A stretch of 64,000 nt of DNA from a virus (taxonomy: Duplodnaviria; Caudoviricetes): positions 96,001 to 160,000 of IMG/VR virus record IMGVR_UViG_3300028549_001457, one strand, 5' to 3'. The first letter of the stretch is position 1. Each line of letters begins with the position of its first letter. Both the position numbers and the translations under genes were made by a program. This document shows positions 28,404-37,764 of the stretch, one piece after another. The notes under the pieces were generated by a model. That model had not been told where the DNA came from, made no database searches, and worked only from the letters and a program-made list of their open reading frames with translations.

Positions 28404-29621
28404 ATGGATAATGCTCAGCCTTTAATTACGTCACGGGCACTGGATAGTTTGGCCGTGTCCTCCGAAGTATTTGTTAAGACTGCTCAAGATATCCTTAAGT
28501 ATGCTAAAGATGGGGAGCTAAACGAGGTCCCCTTTATGTTTGGGCATACCACGGAGACTATGCGTCCAGCGGGAACCATTTATATTATCCCACAGGCCAA
28601 ACGCCGTGCAGCATTTCCTCTTTTTTGGGATACGGAACGTTTTAAATACCAATTTCCTAAACTATTCCAAGCACTCAAGGGGCCTCAGTGGAACTCCTCA
28701 TTTAGTCTGGATGAGGATCCTAATGGGACTCTACATTTACAGGATGGCCTGTTATCACCTATTGGTGAGGACATTACTGACCTACCAGATCAGATTGATA
28801 CCTACCTAGATGAGAAGTTCCCTGAGAAAGGTCTAATTCTGCTTTACCGGCCCCTGTTCTCATCCGTTGATCGTATTCGATGCCTTTTAATCCCAGAAAA
28901 AACTGAATTTGACGAAGCTATTACGCTTTTCTTACGTGAGATGTATGGTTTCTACCCCAGTACTAGTGTTGATCCCCTGGCAGCGGTTCGTGGTGCTACG
29001 AATGGCGTTCCTGAAGGTTATGGGGTCCCCGTGGTTAAAACTGCAGCAAGTTCAGGCTGGCGGTATGTTTCGGCTCTCTCGGCCAAGGACGCTAAAAAGA
29101 AAACTAAGTTTTATACCTCATATGCTATTGCTTTAAGCCATGGGGATGAGGGGTGCTCTGTATTTAGGTTTAAGTTGGTGGACTCGACCCCCGATTGGAA
29201 ATCCTTGAAGGAAATGCATTCTGAAGCAGAGGACACAATTACCTCTAAATCAGCCTCTATAGACGCTCCGTGGTTGGCTAAGCTTGAAAACTTCGAGTCT
29301 AGGAAAATGGCATCACGTTTAAAATCAGCTTTTATGGTTGCCAAGAAAGTTGGGGAAGACTTCGTGCCGGGTGCCCACGAAGAGGGGTCTCTCTGCGCTT
29401 ATTGTGGGGACCCCGCTGAGGGTGTTATCACTACCACATATGATGACCCTGAAGACCCCACCTCTAAAGACGCTGCTTGTGCTTCCTGCTGGAAAGCTCT
29501 CACAAGCCCCGTCCCAGAACATGAGTGGGATTCCTGGATGCAGGGTTCTCTAGGTAATTCAATGGATACTGATTTTGATGCTGGTATATCTGCGGACCCA
29601 ACGGAACATGACTATGCCTAA
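28404..29621 (+). CDS. Hypothetical protein with C-terminal Zn finger
   Basis: CAYC..ACASC; KTAA, KSAS, KMAS motifs. Confidence 0.65.
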   Translation: MDNAQPLITSRALDSLAVSSEVFVKTAQDILKYAKDGELNEVPFMFGHTTETMRPAGTIYIIPQAKRRAAFPLFWDTERFKYQFPKLFQALKGPQWNSSFSLDEDPNGTLHLQDGLLSPIGEDITDLPDQIDTYLDEKFPEKGLILLYRPLFSSVDRIRCLLIPEKTEFDEAITLFLREMYGFYPSTSVDPLAAVRGATNGVPEGYGVPVVKTAASSGWRYVSALSAKDAKKKTKFYTSYAIALSHGDEGCSVFRFKLVDSTPDWKSLKEMHSEAEDTITSKSASIDAPWLAKLENFESRKMASRLKSAFMVAKKVGEDFVPGAHEEGSLCAYCGDPAEGVITTTYDDPEDPTSKDAACASCWKALTSPVPEHEWDSWMQGSLGNSMDTDFDAGISADPTEHDYA

Positions 29622-31056
29622 GTCCCCTCTAAGGGCCACCCCAGATTACCTAGAAAATCCGCGAGATGGTTCCACTTTGGAATCGTGGTTAAAAATTTCT
29701 GCTGCAACTATCGTGGATACCTCTATTCAGCCGGATGAGGATCAATTCTTTGCAGATTTAGCCACTAGTCTAGGGCATACTGCTTTTTCGTCATCCTACC
29801 TATTTACTCCTGAGCTAGAGGCCACTCCTGACATAATGGCCCATGATGTTCATGTAGATCCGCTTCAGGACTCTCAGTTTCAGAGGCTCGATCAAGATAC
29901 GCATGGTCCAACTCAAGGTCTGGCCGCATTGGGCATCCATTCCAGTGCCAGTATCAACGAGATCTCTTCTGGTTTGAAAGACGTTCAAAAGAATGCTCAG
30001 GAAGCTACTAAAGCGCTCCAGAGTGTCCCTAAGCAGGCTCCCGCTGTTTCTACACCTACCCCAGCGCCTGCCCCAAAGACCCCTTCTACGCCAACGCCAG
30101 CAGCCCCCTCAACACCAACTCAGTCTTCTACCCCAAAACCGCAGGCTCCTCCCATAGCGCCCCCTGGCCCCAAGCCCACTGGAGTTAAGTATGACTCCCG
30201 TACGGCAGCTTTGGTGAATGATGGTTGCCCCAATTGTGGCCTTGATACCGTGTCCGATGGTGTTTTGTCCTGTCCCTCCTGTGGCTGGGAAGAGGGTGCG
30301 GATATTGAATTTGATATAGATACTGCATTTCACCCTATTATATCTGAGAATGCCCATATAGCGTGGTTCCAATCTAACCCATTTATGCAGTTTAACAACC
30401 CCAGCCCTATGAATCCCGCTGGGCAATACAATGACATGAACTACAATCCTCGCCCTACTTACTTTGAGCAGGGATCTGGGGACTCTAGTTTCGCCAACTT
30501 GCACTCATCTCCTAATGGAAACTACACTCGTGATTCCCTAAATTATGGTGGTGTTACAGATATGTTGGTGGTTCCTCCCGCTGATCCTCGATGGGGCAAT
30601 CAACCCCCTAAAATGCGTGAGACGATGCCAGTTACTCCGGGTGGGATGAAAGACCCCAGGACAGCTTCCCTCGCAAGACGCTTGGATAGATGCATTTTAG
30701 CCAAACGCTTAAGTGACGAAGATAACCCCTACATTCGAGATTATAGTGAGGTTAGACCTCTTAATAATTCCATGGATGCTAGCGTAAACAAACCTGAGTT
30801 AGATCCCAACGATCCTCAAAATCCTGAGGATTCTGCAGCTACCCTTCATCAACAGCCTTCCCCTCGATCCAGAGCTATGGGTCCGCAGAGTCTCATGGGA
30901 CAGTTTGACCCCAATAATAAGGGGGATGGGCCGGGAGCTTTTATTGAAACAGTGAGCCCAGGATCTGCAGATGGGACACGTTTCTCAATTCCTTCGTATA
31001 AAACACAGAGGCCCTCCCCAGGTCTCCCAAGCTTAGATTTTATTAAAGATCACTAA
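29614..31056 (+). CDS. Low-complexity protein with Zn ribbon
   Basis: CPNC..SCPSCGW; Pro/Thr-rich linker; start at 29608 or 29614 more likely than 29575. Confidence 0.65.
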   Translation: MPKSPLRATPDYLENPRDGSTLESWLKISAATIVDTSIQPDEDQFFADLATSLGHTAFSSSYLFTPELEATPDIMAHDVHVDPLQDSQFQRLDQDTHGPTQGLAALGIHSSASINEISSGLKDVQKNAQEATKALQSVPKQAPAVSTPTPAPAPKTPSTPTPAAPSTPTQSSTPKPQAPPIAPPGPKPTGVKYDSRTAALVNDGCPNCGLDTVSDGVLSCPSCGWEEGADIEFDIDTAFHPIISENAHIAWFQSNPFMQFNNPSPMNPAGQYNDMNYNPRPTYFEQGSGDSSFANLHSSPNGNYTRDSLNYGGVTDMLVVPPADPRWGNQPPKMRETMPVTPGGMKDPRTASLARRLDRCILAKRLSDEDNPYIRDYSEVRPLNNSMDASVNKPELDPNDPQNPEDSAATLHQQPSPRSRAMGPQSLMGQFDPNNKGDGPGAFIETVSPGSADGTRFSIPSYKTQRPSPGLPSLDFIKDH

Positions 31057-31193
31057 TGGCCCCTGAGAAACCCCCTGATCCTCCTAAGGTAGCTCCGTGG
31101 GAGCCTCCACACCACTGGAAACCCCTGGAGGATCCGCCCTGGGCAGGGGATCCATACAATCCAGATCCGTATTATCCTAATCCCTACCTATAA
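31056..31193 (+). CDS. 45-aa proline-rich microprotein, absent from ORF track
   Basis: TAATG coupling; MAPEKPPDPPKVAPWEPPHHWKPLEDPPWAGDPYNPDPYYPNPYL (16 Pro). Confidence 0.55.
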   Translation: MAPEKPPDPPKVAPWEPPHHWKPLEDPPWAGDPYNPDPYYPNPYL

Positions 31194-31200
31194 AATCCTC

Positions 31201-31205
31201 TGTAT
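31201..31205 (+). promoter_or_regulatory. TGTAT candidate promoter element
   Basis: Begins 13 nt before the SD-less uvrD ATG. Confidence 0.5.
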
Positions 31206-31213
31206 CTATAGGT

Positions 31214-33358
31214 ATGACGATTTCAACTGTTGACCCAATTATTCAATTTCTGCGGGACGAGTATGGCTTGGATGAATTACAAGCCCCTGCTGCAAACCAT
31301 CTAAATGGGCCAGCCCTGGTATTGGCCAGTGCGGGTAGCGGCAAAACAACCACGTTAACTGCACGAGTTACACATCTTATTAAGCACCACAAAGTGCCAG
31401 CCGATCAAATTCTCTGCATTACGTTTACCAATAAAGCTACCGAGAATATGGTCTCGAAGATCACGGCTAAGATTGGTGAGGGTCAGCCCCTTCCCACAAT
31501 CTCCACAATCCACTCCCTTGGTCTAAGTATTATTAGAAAGTATCCACAGTTAGCAATTGAAGCTATCGCTGATCTTGCTCAAACCGTGCATACGAAAGAA
31601 GCTGGGCATGCCCATTTATCAGTGTGGTCCGAACGGAATTGCAGCACCATATTTAGAAAAATTTGTGAGCAACACGAGCATACGTGTAACTATTCCGAGA
31701 CTCTTTCGCAGATTATGTATCTGTGTAATAGGGGTTTTACTCCCGCCTCCTATGAGGCTATCCGTAAAACGGATCCAAAGAGATTAAAACAAGAACGGGT
31801 TTTCCTGACTGAGACAGAGACCCTTCTTTGGCGGGATTATATTCTCGCCAAGTATACGAGTAGAGCCCTCGATTTTACGGATATGTTGTTAGTAGCCAAT
31901 AGAATCCTGGAAAGAAACCCCAAAGTTTTACAGAAGTATCATGATCGCTGGAATTATATTCTACAGGATGAAGCTCAGGATGCGAGTCCTCTTCAGTGGA
32001 ATCTGTTATACCTTCTTAGTAACTCAAACAATAATATTTTTTGTGTTGGTGATGCCTCTCAGTCCATCATGTCCTTCAACGGTGCCGAGGTCAAACTTAT
32101 TAAGAGTTTTGAGAATGAATTCAAGAGTGTTAAGACTACAGTCTACCCGCTCATGAATAACTATCGCTCTCATCCAACAATTATTAACGTGGCAAATGCT
32201 ATTGAGCATGATCTTGTGGGGAATCATCCATCCCCCATGATCCCTAAAGCTAATATTTCAGGGTCCACCCCAGCATTGTCCTACAAGGAGTATTATGACT
32301 CAAGTGAAGAAGCTAATGATATTGCTAGGACGATCCAACGTATCGCAAATATCCCTGTAAATGAAACTCTTCTTAAGTTTAGAGCATCCCCAAAGGGGCA
32401 GCTCATGGCTAGAAAAACGGCACTGAGACCTGTTGCACAGGCCCCAGTCGCCCCCGCCAAACAGTTCAAATTAAAAGATATTGCTATCCTCGTGCGCTCG
32501 AAGATCATTATTCCCACGATTGAAAACGCATTATTATTTAGCCACATACCCTATTATGTGCGAGATGGAAAATCCTTACTACAATCCAAAGAGGTAATGG
32601 ATCTCCTTGCATATCTCCGTTTATGTATTAATCCGTTTGATGAAGTCTCCTTTGATAGGGCTGTTCAAACCCCTAAGCGTGGTTTTGGGGATGAGAGTGT
32701 CAAAAGATTAATAGCGGACGCTCGACTTAAGCAATGCGATGTCATGTCTCTTGCCCGAGTCAACCCCAAACTTCTCACGTTTACTTCTTTCCTTGATATG
32801 TTTAGTCAGCATCTGGAACAGGCCCCCAAAGAAATTTCTAAGCATATTGAAACTTGGATAGGCACTCCGGTTGTTGATTATAAAGCTGAGATCAAAAAAG
32901 CTTCACTAAAAGATGCGGATGATGAGTCTCGGAGACTTGAAAACATTAATAGGTTTAAACTGCTCCTTCAACAGATCATGGATGAGGGTGTTATTGAAAC
33001 ACTACCAGAGCTTTTAGATCATATTAGTCTTATGCAGGATGCTGGAGCTTCTAACTCTACCGAGGATAGGGTACATATTATGACTGCCCACTCAGTGAAG
33101 GGGCTTGAATACGATGTTGTTTTTGCACCCTGTTTTTTTGATGGGTCCATCCCGCATCATAAATCAAAGTCGCAGGATGAGATTAATGAAGAAGCTCGTT
33201 TAACTTATGTTATTGTAACTAGAGCTATTCGTCAACTTAGAGTAAGTCGCCCAATTACATATGCTAGCCGGGGTTCCAGTAGACCTATGCAAACCATACG
33301 ATCTCGTTTTCTAGAACCCATGCGTCCATTTTTCCAAGACGCGAACAACCTCTTATAG
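31214..33358 (+). CDS. uvrD: UvrD/PcrA/Rep superfamily 1 helicase
   Basis: LASAGSGKTTTL, ITFTNKA, QDEAQD, VGDASQSI, NNYRS, MTAHSVKGLEY, EEARL.YVIVTRA. Confidence 0.95.
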   Translation: MTISTVDPIIQFLRDEYGLDELQAPAANHLNGPALVLASAGSGKTTTLTARVTHLIKHHKVPADQILCITFTNKATENMVSKITAKIGEGQPLPTISTIHSLGLSIIRKYPQLAIEAIADLAQTVHTKEAGHAHLSVWSERNCSTIFRKICEQHEHTCNYSETLSQIMYLCNRGFTPASYEAIRKTDPKRLKQERVFLTETETLLWRDYILAKYTSRALDFTDMLLVANRILERNPKVLQKYHDRWNYILQDEAQDASPLQWNLLYLLSNSNNNIFCVGDASQSIMSFNGAEVKLIKSFENEFKSVKTTVYPLMNNYRSHPTIINVANAIEHDLVGNHPSPMIPKANISGSTPALSYKEYYDSSEEANDIARTIQRIANIPVNETLLKFRASPKGQLMARKTALRPVAQAPVAPAKQFKLKDIAILVRSKIIIPTIENALLFSHIPYYVRDGKSLLQSKEVMDLLAYLRLCINPFDEVSFDRAVQTPKRGFGDESVKRLIADARLKQCDVMSLARVNPKLLTFTSFLDMFSQHLEQAPKEISKHIETWIGTPVVDYKAEIKKASLKDADDESRRLENINRFKLLLQQIMDEGVIETLPELLDHISLMQDAGASNSTEDRVHIMTAHSVKGLEYDVVFAPCFFDGSIPHHKSKSQDEINEEARLTYVIVTRAIRQLRVSRPITYASRGSSRPMQTIRSRFLEPMRPFFQDANNLL

Positions 33359-33366
33359 AGATCTTC

Positions 33367-34413
33367 ATGCCTCCCTCGTTAAGATTTAAAGAATTACTAG
33401 CCCATTGGGAGGGTAAGTCCCCCCTAACAGTCTGTAGTGAAATATCTGCTAGCCATAAATCTTCAAAAGATCAACTGCTTTTGGATGTAATTCTAATTTA
33501 TAACTTTATGTTGGCATACCTCCATCCAACTGGAGTGGAGGTCTCTAAAACTGAATCCGAGTATGAGTTATCCTTTTTATTCTCATGGTCTGCTACAATT
33601 ACTTCATATGTGGGCTACACAGTTTCTTTGTCTGGAACCCCTACATTTAAGCAGACACATCCGGAGCAAGATCCCATATTTCAATGGGCTCCTGGTTCAG
33701 TGTCTCTATTAAACTTGTTTAATTTTATTGTTCTGGGGCAGGTTGGTAATAAAGACACCCTGAAATGCGTTGTTTCTAACTTAAGTTCGGAGTCTAACAC
33801 CCCAAGTTCTAGGGTTTCCAACGCCCTGCTAGCCGCCTTGCCAGATGCCCTTCCACTAGGTTTGTTTGTAGCTTCTGGGCATGTTTCAGGCCCTATTGGG
33901 GGACTCTATAGAGACTCTTTGGAGATAGCGCTGCAAATTTATCAATATATTTCTCATAATGTTGAGAATTATATTAGCTACTATAATGACTTTAATGTTG
34001 GAGGGGACTTCCTTAATCTAACAACCTTAGGGGTTGCCCCTCATCCAGAGTTGGACGAATCATTTATCTCAAGTATGTCTTTTATAATTGGTATGCTTGC
34101 TAATTCTTCAAAAGCACACCTGTATCGAGTAGACTCAACGTCACTCCTTGAGTTGCAGCCACAGGCATTCGTGCGTATTGAATCCATCTATGAGGTTCCT
34201 TATCTGGCGGTATGCGTGGAAAGACTTGTTAAATCTATAGAGGCATCTGTCCCAGATTTAGATATTGAGGCGTGGGAAAACCTTACCAGGGGCATGCTAT
34301 TTAATGGACTTTTTGATTCTAAATCCCCACTTGGCGCTGCTCTTCTTTTCGCTACATCTAACTATGCTAATCGCCCAGTAGTCAACAGCTTCAAGACCGT
34401 ATTTTCTTATTGA
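33367..34413 (+). CDS. Hypothetical protein
   Basis: 348-aa ORF between uvrD and the dead PolA paralogue; no motif recognised. Confidence 0.7.
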   Translation: MPPSLRFKELLAHWEGKSPLTVCSEISASHKSSKDQLLLDVILIYNFMLAYLHPTGVEVSKTESEYELSFLFSWSATITSYVGYTVSLSGTPTFKQTHPEQDPIFQWAPGSVSLLNLFNFIVLGQVGNKDTLKCVVSNLSSESNTPSSRVSNALLAALPDALPLGLFVASGHVSGPIGGLYRDSLEIALQIYQYISHNVENYISYYNDFNVGGDFLNLTTLGVAPHPELDESFISSMSFIIGMLANSSKAHLYRVDSTSLLELQPQAFVRIESIYEVPYLAVCVERLVKSIEASVPDLDIEAWENLTRGMLFNGLFDSKSPLGAALLFATSNYANRPVVNSFKTVFSY

Positions 34414-34420
34414 GGGTATT

Positions 34421-35578
34421 ATGCTCACCGTTGAAAGAAACGCACAGTTATTCCACCAGGGCATCCTGGGACCAACCGCTTACGAAACATTTAGCATAGA
34501 GTCTAATGTAGAGAGTCTGCTAGCTAGCTGCACGAGATATCCCATCAGTATCTCGACCCTTGATTCTCTCTATCATGAATCTCAAGTGGCGCTAAAACGG
34601 CTCCCATTACAGAAGGATTCTTCATTTAACCCAAACTCTAATAAGGATGTCGCCGCTAAACTAGACAGCCTTCATCTAGGGGTATCTATCCCCAAGACTG
34701 AAAAAGGCAACATATCCCTTACCAAAGAATGGTTAGACCTTAATAAGCACAAGCATTCATTTATTGATCTCGTGGGTCAATGGCGCTTATTTAATAGAAG
34801 CCTCCAAACGGTTGACTCACTTAGAAAGCATATCTTCTCAGATGTAGGTAGTTGGACAAAATGGCTCCCTACAAAATGGCGAACCTACTCTGAAAATGGG
34901 TCTGGTAGAATAGTTGCAGAAGCATACCCTATTAACCAAATCCCTGTTAATCTGCGTCAAGCGTTCCCAGCGCCTGTGGGTTTCGTGTGGGTATCCTGCA
35001 AGTATCCCCTTCTAGATCTTCATTTTCTAGCAGCATTGTCGAAAGATCCTCTACTTATTCAAGATCTAACTAGTTCTGATCCTATGGCTTCCTTGGCTGT
35101 TAAGTTAAAACAGGGGTCCCCCGAACAAGCAAAAACTTTCTTGGACACGTTCATATACGACTTTACCCCCGATGTTTATTATAGTCGAGTGCTTGAATCA
35201 GCTTACCCAGATCTGGCAAACTTCCTAAATAAGACATTGCTAGATAGTAGTTCGTCTAAAATGTTATCTCTTGGTTGGATGGATCGTATACGCAACTTTG
35301 CATTAGACCCAGAGGTAATTGATTCTAGTAGTCTACGTAAAAAAACACTTAGCTCTATTTGCACCCAAAATTTATCTTTTTATATTAAAAATTGCATAGA
35401 TGTCTTACTACGTAGCTTCCCAGAGTTGGGGCAGAGCTACTGGATCCCTGGGCAAAATTCCTTGGCATTTACCTGCCCTGAGGGTCTTCTGGGGGATGTG
35501 ACAAAACTTCTGCAAATACCCATTAAATCCATCGTTGCACCTACTTGTATTGTATCTACAAATACCGTCTGGGAATAA
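34421..35578 (+). CDS. Inactivated family A polymerase domain (thumb-palm-fingers only)
   Basis: FNPNS.KDV, KTEKGNIS, SGRI..PINQIPVNLRQAFPAP.GFVWVSCKY..DLHFLAALSKD; motif A Asp to Lys, motif C HDE to QNS. Confidence 0.8.
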   Translation: MLTVERNAQLFHQGILGPTAYETFSIESNVESLLASCTRYPISISTLDSLYHESQVALKRLPLQKDSSFNPNSNKDVAAKLDSLHLGVSIPKTEKGNISLTKEWLDLNKHKHSFIDLVGQWRLFNRSLQTVDSLRKHIFSDVGSWTKWLPTKWRTYSENGSGRIVAEAYPINQIPVNLRQAFPAPVGFVWVSCKYPLLDLHFLAALSKDPLLIQDLTSSDPMASLAVKLKQGSPEQAKTFLDTFIYDFTPDVYYSRVLESAYPDLANFLNKTLLDSSSSKMLSLGWMDRIRNFALDPEVIDSSSLRKKTLSSICTQNLSFYIKNCIDVLLRSFPELGQSYWIPGQNSLAFTCPEGLLGDVTKLLQIPIKSIVAPTCIVSTNTVWE

Positions 35579-35592
35579 CTTTCGAGATTACA

Positions 35593-36417
35593 ATGTCTTT
35601 AATCGGTCATAAGCAGGGCTTGCAGCTCTTAACTAAGTTGCTGAGCCCACCTTACCAACGACGATCCTTAGGTCTCGTAGCTCCTGAAGGCGTTGGTCGA
35701 TACCACTGCCTTCAGACTGCGTTTCAACTTGCAAATCCTACCTTAACTACCCAAGATTTACTCTTGGATACTAGGGTGGCACCCGAAAACCCTTCAGTTG
35801 ATACCCTGCGTGAGCTGATTGCGTGGTCTGATCTAGCCCCCTATAAGGCTCCTTGTAAACTTCTGATCGTTCCAGGGGACTCTCTTTCAAAAGATTCCCA
35901 GCAAGTTCTTCTCAAATTGTTAGAAGATATCCCGCCTCGTGTGGTTTTATGCATTGTATTAACTTCCCTTAATATATCAGATACACTTGTTTCCAGAATA
36001 CTGCCGGTCTACTTATACACCGTTTCACGCAATGAGGCAGAAGCTATCTGGACTTCTCAGGGGATAAGCTCTAGTGTATTTAAACAGTTTTGGGAGTTGG
36101 CCCCAGGCCAGCCAGGGGTCTCTATGAAACGATTTAGTTTGAAGTATCCTCAGTTAGAAAAATCGTTAGTTAAATTTTTTGAGACTCCTTCTGCAATAGG
36201 GATGCTTCAGTGGCAAGATCAAATTGCTCAATGGCCCTCTGGCGATATCCATGCTTTCTGGGAGTGGGTCCTCCCCAATTTATATCGTAGTGTAGGTTTT
36301 GCGAGGCCCGAAAACGCTAAGTTTATCTCACTCGTCTCAGAGGGCATCTCTTTCCATAAACAAGCCTCTTTGTTAATGTTGGTCCCAGCTCTTGCTTTTG
36401 AAGCCTATGGAAACTAA
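35593..36417 (+). CDS. holB: Clamp-loader delta-prime-like subunit
   Basis: LIGHKQ, APEGVGR, SVDTLRELI, SQQVLLKLLEDIP, TLVSRI. Confidence 0.75.
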   Translation: MSLIGHKQGLQLLTKLLSPPYQRRSLGLVAPEGVGRYHCLQTAFQLANPTLTTQDLLLDTRVAPENPSVDTLRELIAWSDLAPYKAPCKLLIVPGDSLSKDSQQVLLKLLEDIPPRVVLCIVLTSLNISDTLVSRILPVYLYTVSRNEAEAIWTSQGISSSVFKQFWELAPGQPGVSMKRFSLKYPQLEKSLVKFFETPSAIGMLQWQDQIAQWPSGDIHAFWEWVLPNLYRSVGFARPENAKFISLVSEGISFHKQASLLMLVPALAFEAYGN

Positions 36418-37413
36418 ATGGCTACGCTAATCGATTGCCTTACGAAGGGCCTTAAGCTCAAGAAACCCTTAACTATTCTCTGGGGTAAGTATGATTCTAT
36501 TACGCACCTTCTAAAGTCACCTTTGGTGGTAGCCTCAGAGATGTCTCCTGGGGCTCTACTAGCCCACGCTCACTCACAGCCCCTTTTTACAGAGCAACAA
36601 GTTTTATGGGTGGAAGGTATCCCCGATGCAGCCCTGCTGACTAAACTTTGCGGTAGAGACCTTCATCAACCTATTATATTTAATGCTACCACAAAAGAGC
36701 CAGAACCTGAGTTTCTGCCTCACACTAAATCGTATGTCCAGGTGGTCTCCAAAACAAATCCTAAGGCTGGATCAAAAGCCCACAAAGACTTCTTAGTTTG
36801 GTATATTGGTCTGGAATTCCCCGCATTAGATCCCAAAGTTTCTGCGGTTATCGCAGGGGCCGCATCCCAATATTTTGGGGATGACTTATTACACTCCGCC
36901 GATAACCTTCGTAAATTACTTTATAGGTTCCCTCAAGAGGCTCTCTCTTCGGTATCCTCTATCAAGTCCTACCTAGTGAGCATTCACCCTGAAAAGTGGC
37001 CCTATCTGTTAGAAATTAATGGGGACCCGCTACTTAATTTGTTAGTTGATACGTTTTATAGTAAATCTAGAAATGTGTATGCCCTCATGAATCGATACCT
37101 TCAAGTAGAGGCCTCCCCCCTTCCATTACTTCACGTTTTAATGGAAACCACACAAGCCTACCTTGAGACAGCGTGGGCTATTAAGGAGGCTCAGGGGAAG
37201 CACCAGGATCCTCAAGCTTTTGTTCAGGGGAGAAGGGTCCCCCTCTCAGCGTTTTCTCTCTACCAAGCCAAGGTCGGTAAGATTTTTGGGGAGCGAATTC
37301 TTTGGGGGATTCTAAAAGATCTCTGTATTATTCAGTCAAGGTATCGAATGGGTGAAAAGTCAACTATTCCGATATATTCACTGCTTACACGGTATGTTGG
37401 ATATGGCATCTAG
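36418..37413 (+). CDS. holA: Clamp-loader delta-like subunit
   Basis: Directly follows the delta-prime gene; PLFTEQQVLWVE, helical C-terminal domain (LLDLVD-like, PLPLLHVL). Confidence 0.5.
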   Translation: MATLIDCLTKGLKLKKPLTILWGKYDSITHLLKSPLVVASEMSPGALLAHAHSQPLFTEQQVLWVEGIPDAALLTKLCGRDLHQPIIFNATTKEPEPEFLPHTKSYVQVVSKTNPKAGSKAHKDFLVWYIGLEFPALDPKVSAVIAGAASQYFGDDLLHSADNLRKLLYRFPQEALSSVSSIKSYLVSIHPEKWPYLLEINGDPLLNLLVDTFYSKSRNVYALMNRYLQVEASPLPLLHVLMETTQAYLETAWAIKEAQGKHQDPQAFVQGRRVPLSAFSLYQAKVGKIFGERILWGILKDLCIIQSRYRMGEKSTIPIYSLLTRYVGYGI

Positions 37414-37422
37414 GAGCCTTAA

Positions 37423-37758
37423 ATGAGTTTTGATCTTACTAAATTGACTGTGACTTCCAGAAGGCATATCCCAACATCGTTTGGGAACAAGGATGCTTTT
37501 TATAGCGAGTCTGTTGAAATTCCCTCAGATTGTGCGGTGGATCGTTCCTCAATATATTCCTTCCTATGCCAAAGACTCGACCTAACATACTTGCTTGATT
37601 ATTACTATAGTTGCCCTGATGGGTCTGGCCAGACTCCTAATGCAGAGGTTTGGCCCCATGTCCAGGCTAGGGTGGACTCTATGGTTAAAATACATTCTGC
37701 ATTCCCCGCTGATATTCAAGGCATTCTTGGATTCAACCCTCAAGTGTATGGGAGATAA
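37423..37758 (+). CDS. Hypothetical protein
   Basis: SD AGGAG. Confidence 0.7.
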   Translation: MSFDLTKLTVTSRRHIPTSFGNKDAFYSESVEIPSDCAVDRSSIYSFLCQRLDLTYLLDYYYSCPDGSGQTPNAEVWPHVQARVDSMVKIHSAFPADIQGILGFNPQVYGR

Positions 37759-37764
37759 TGGATA

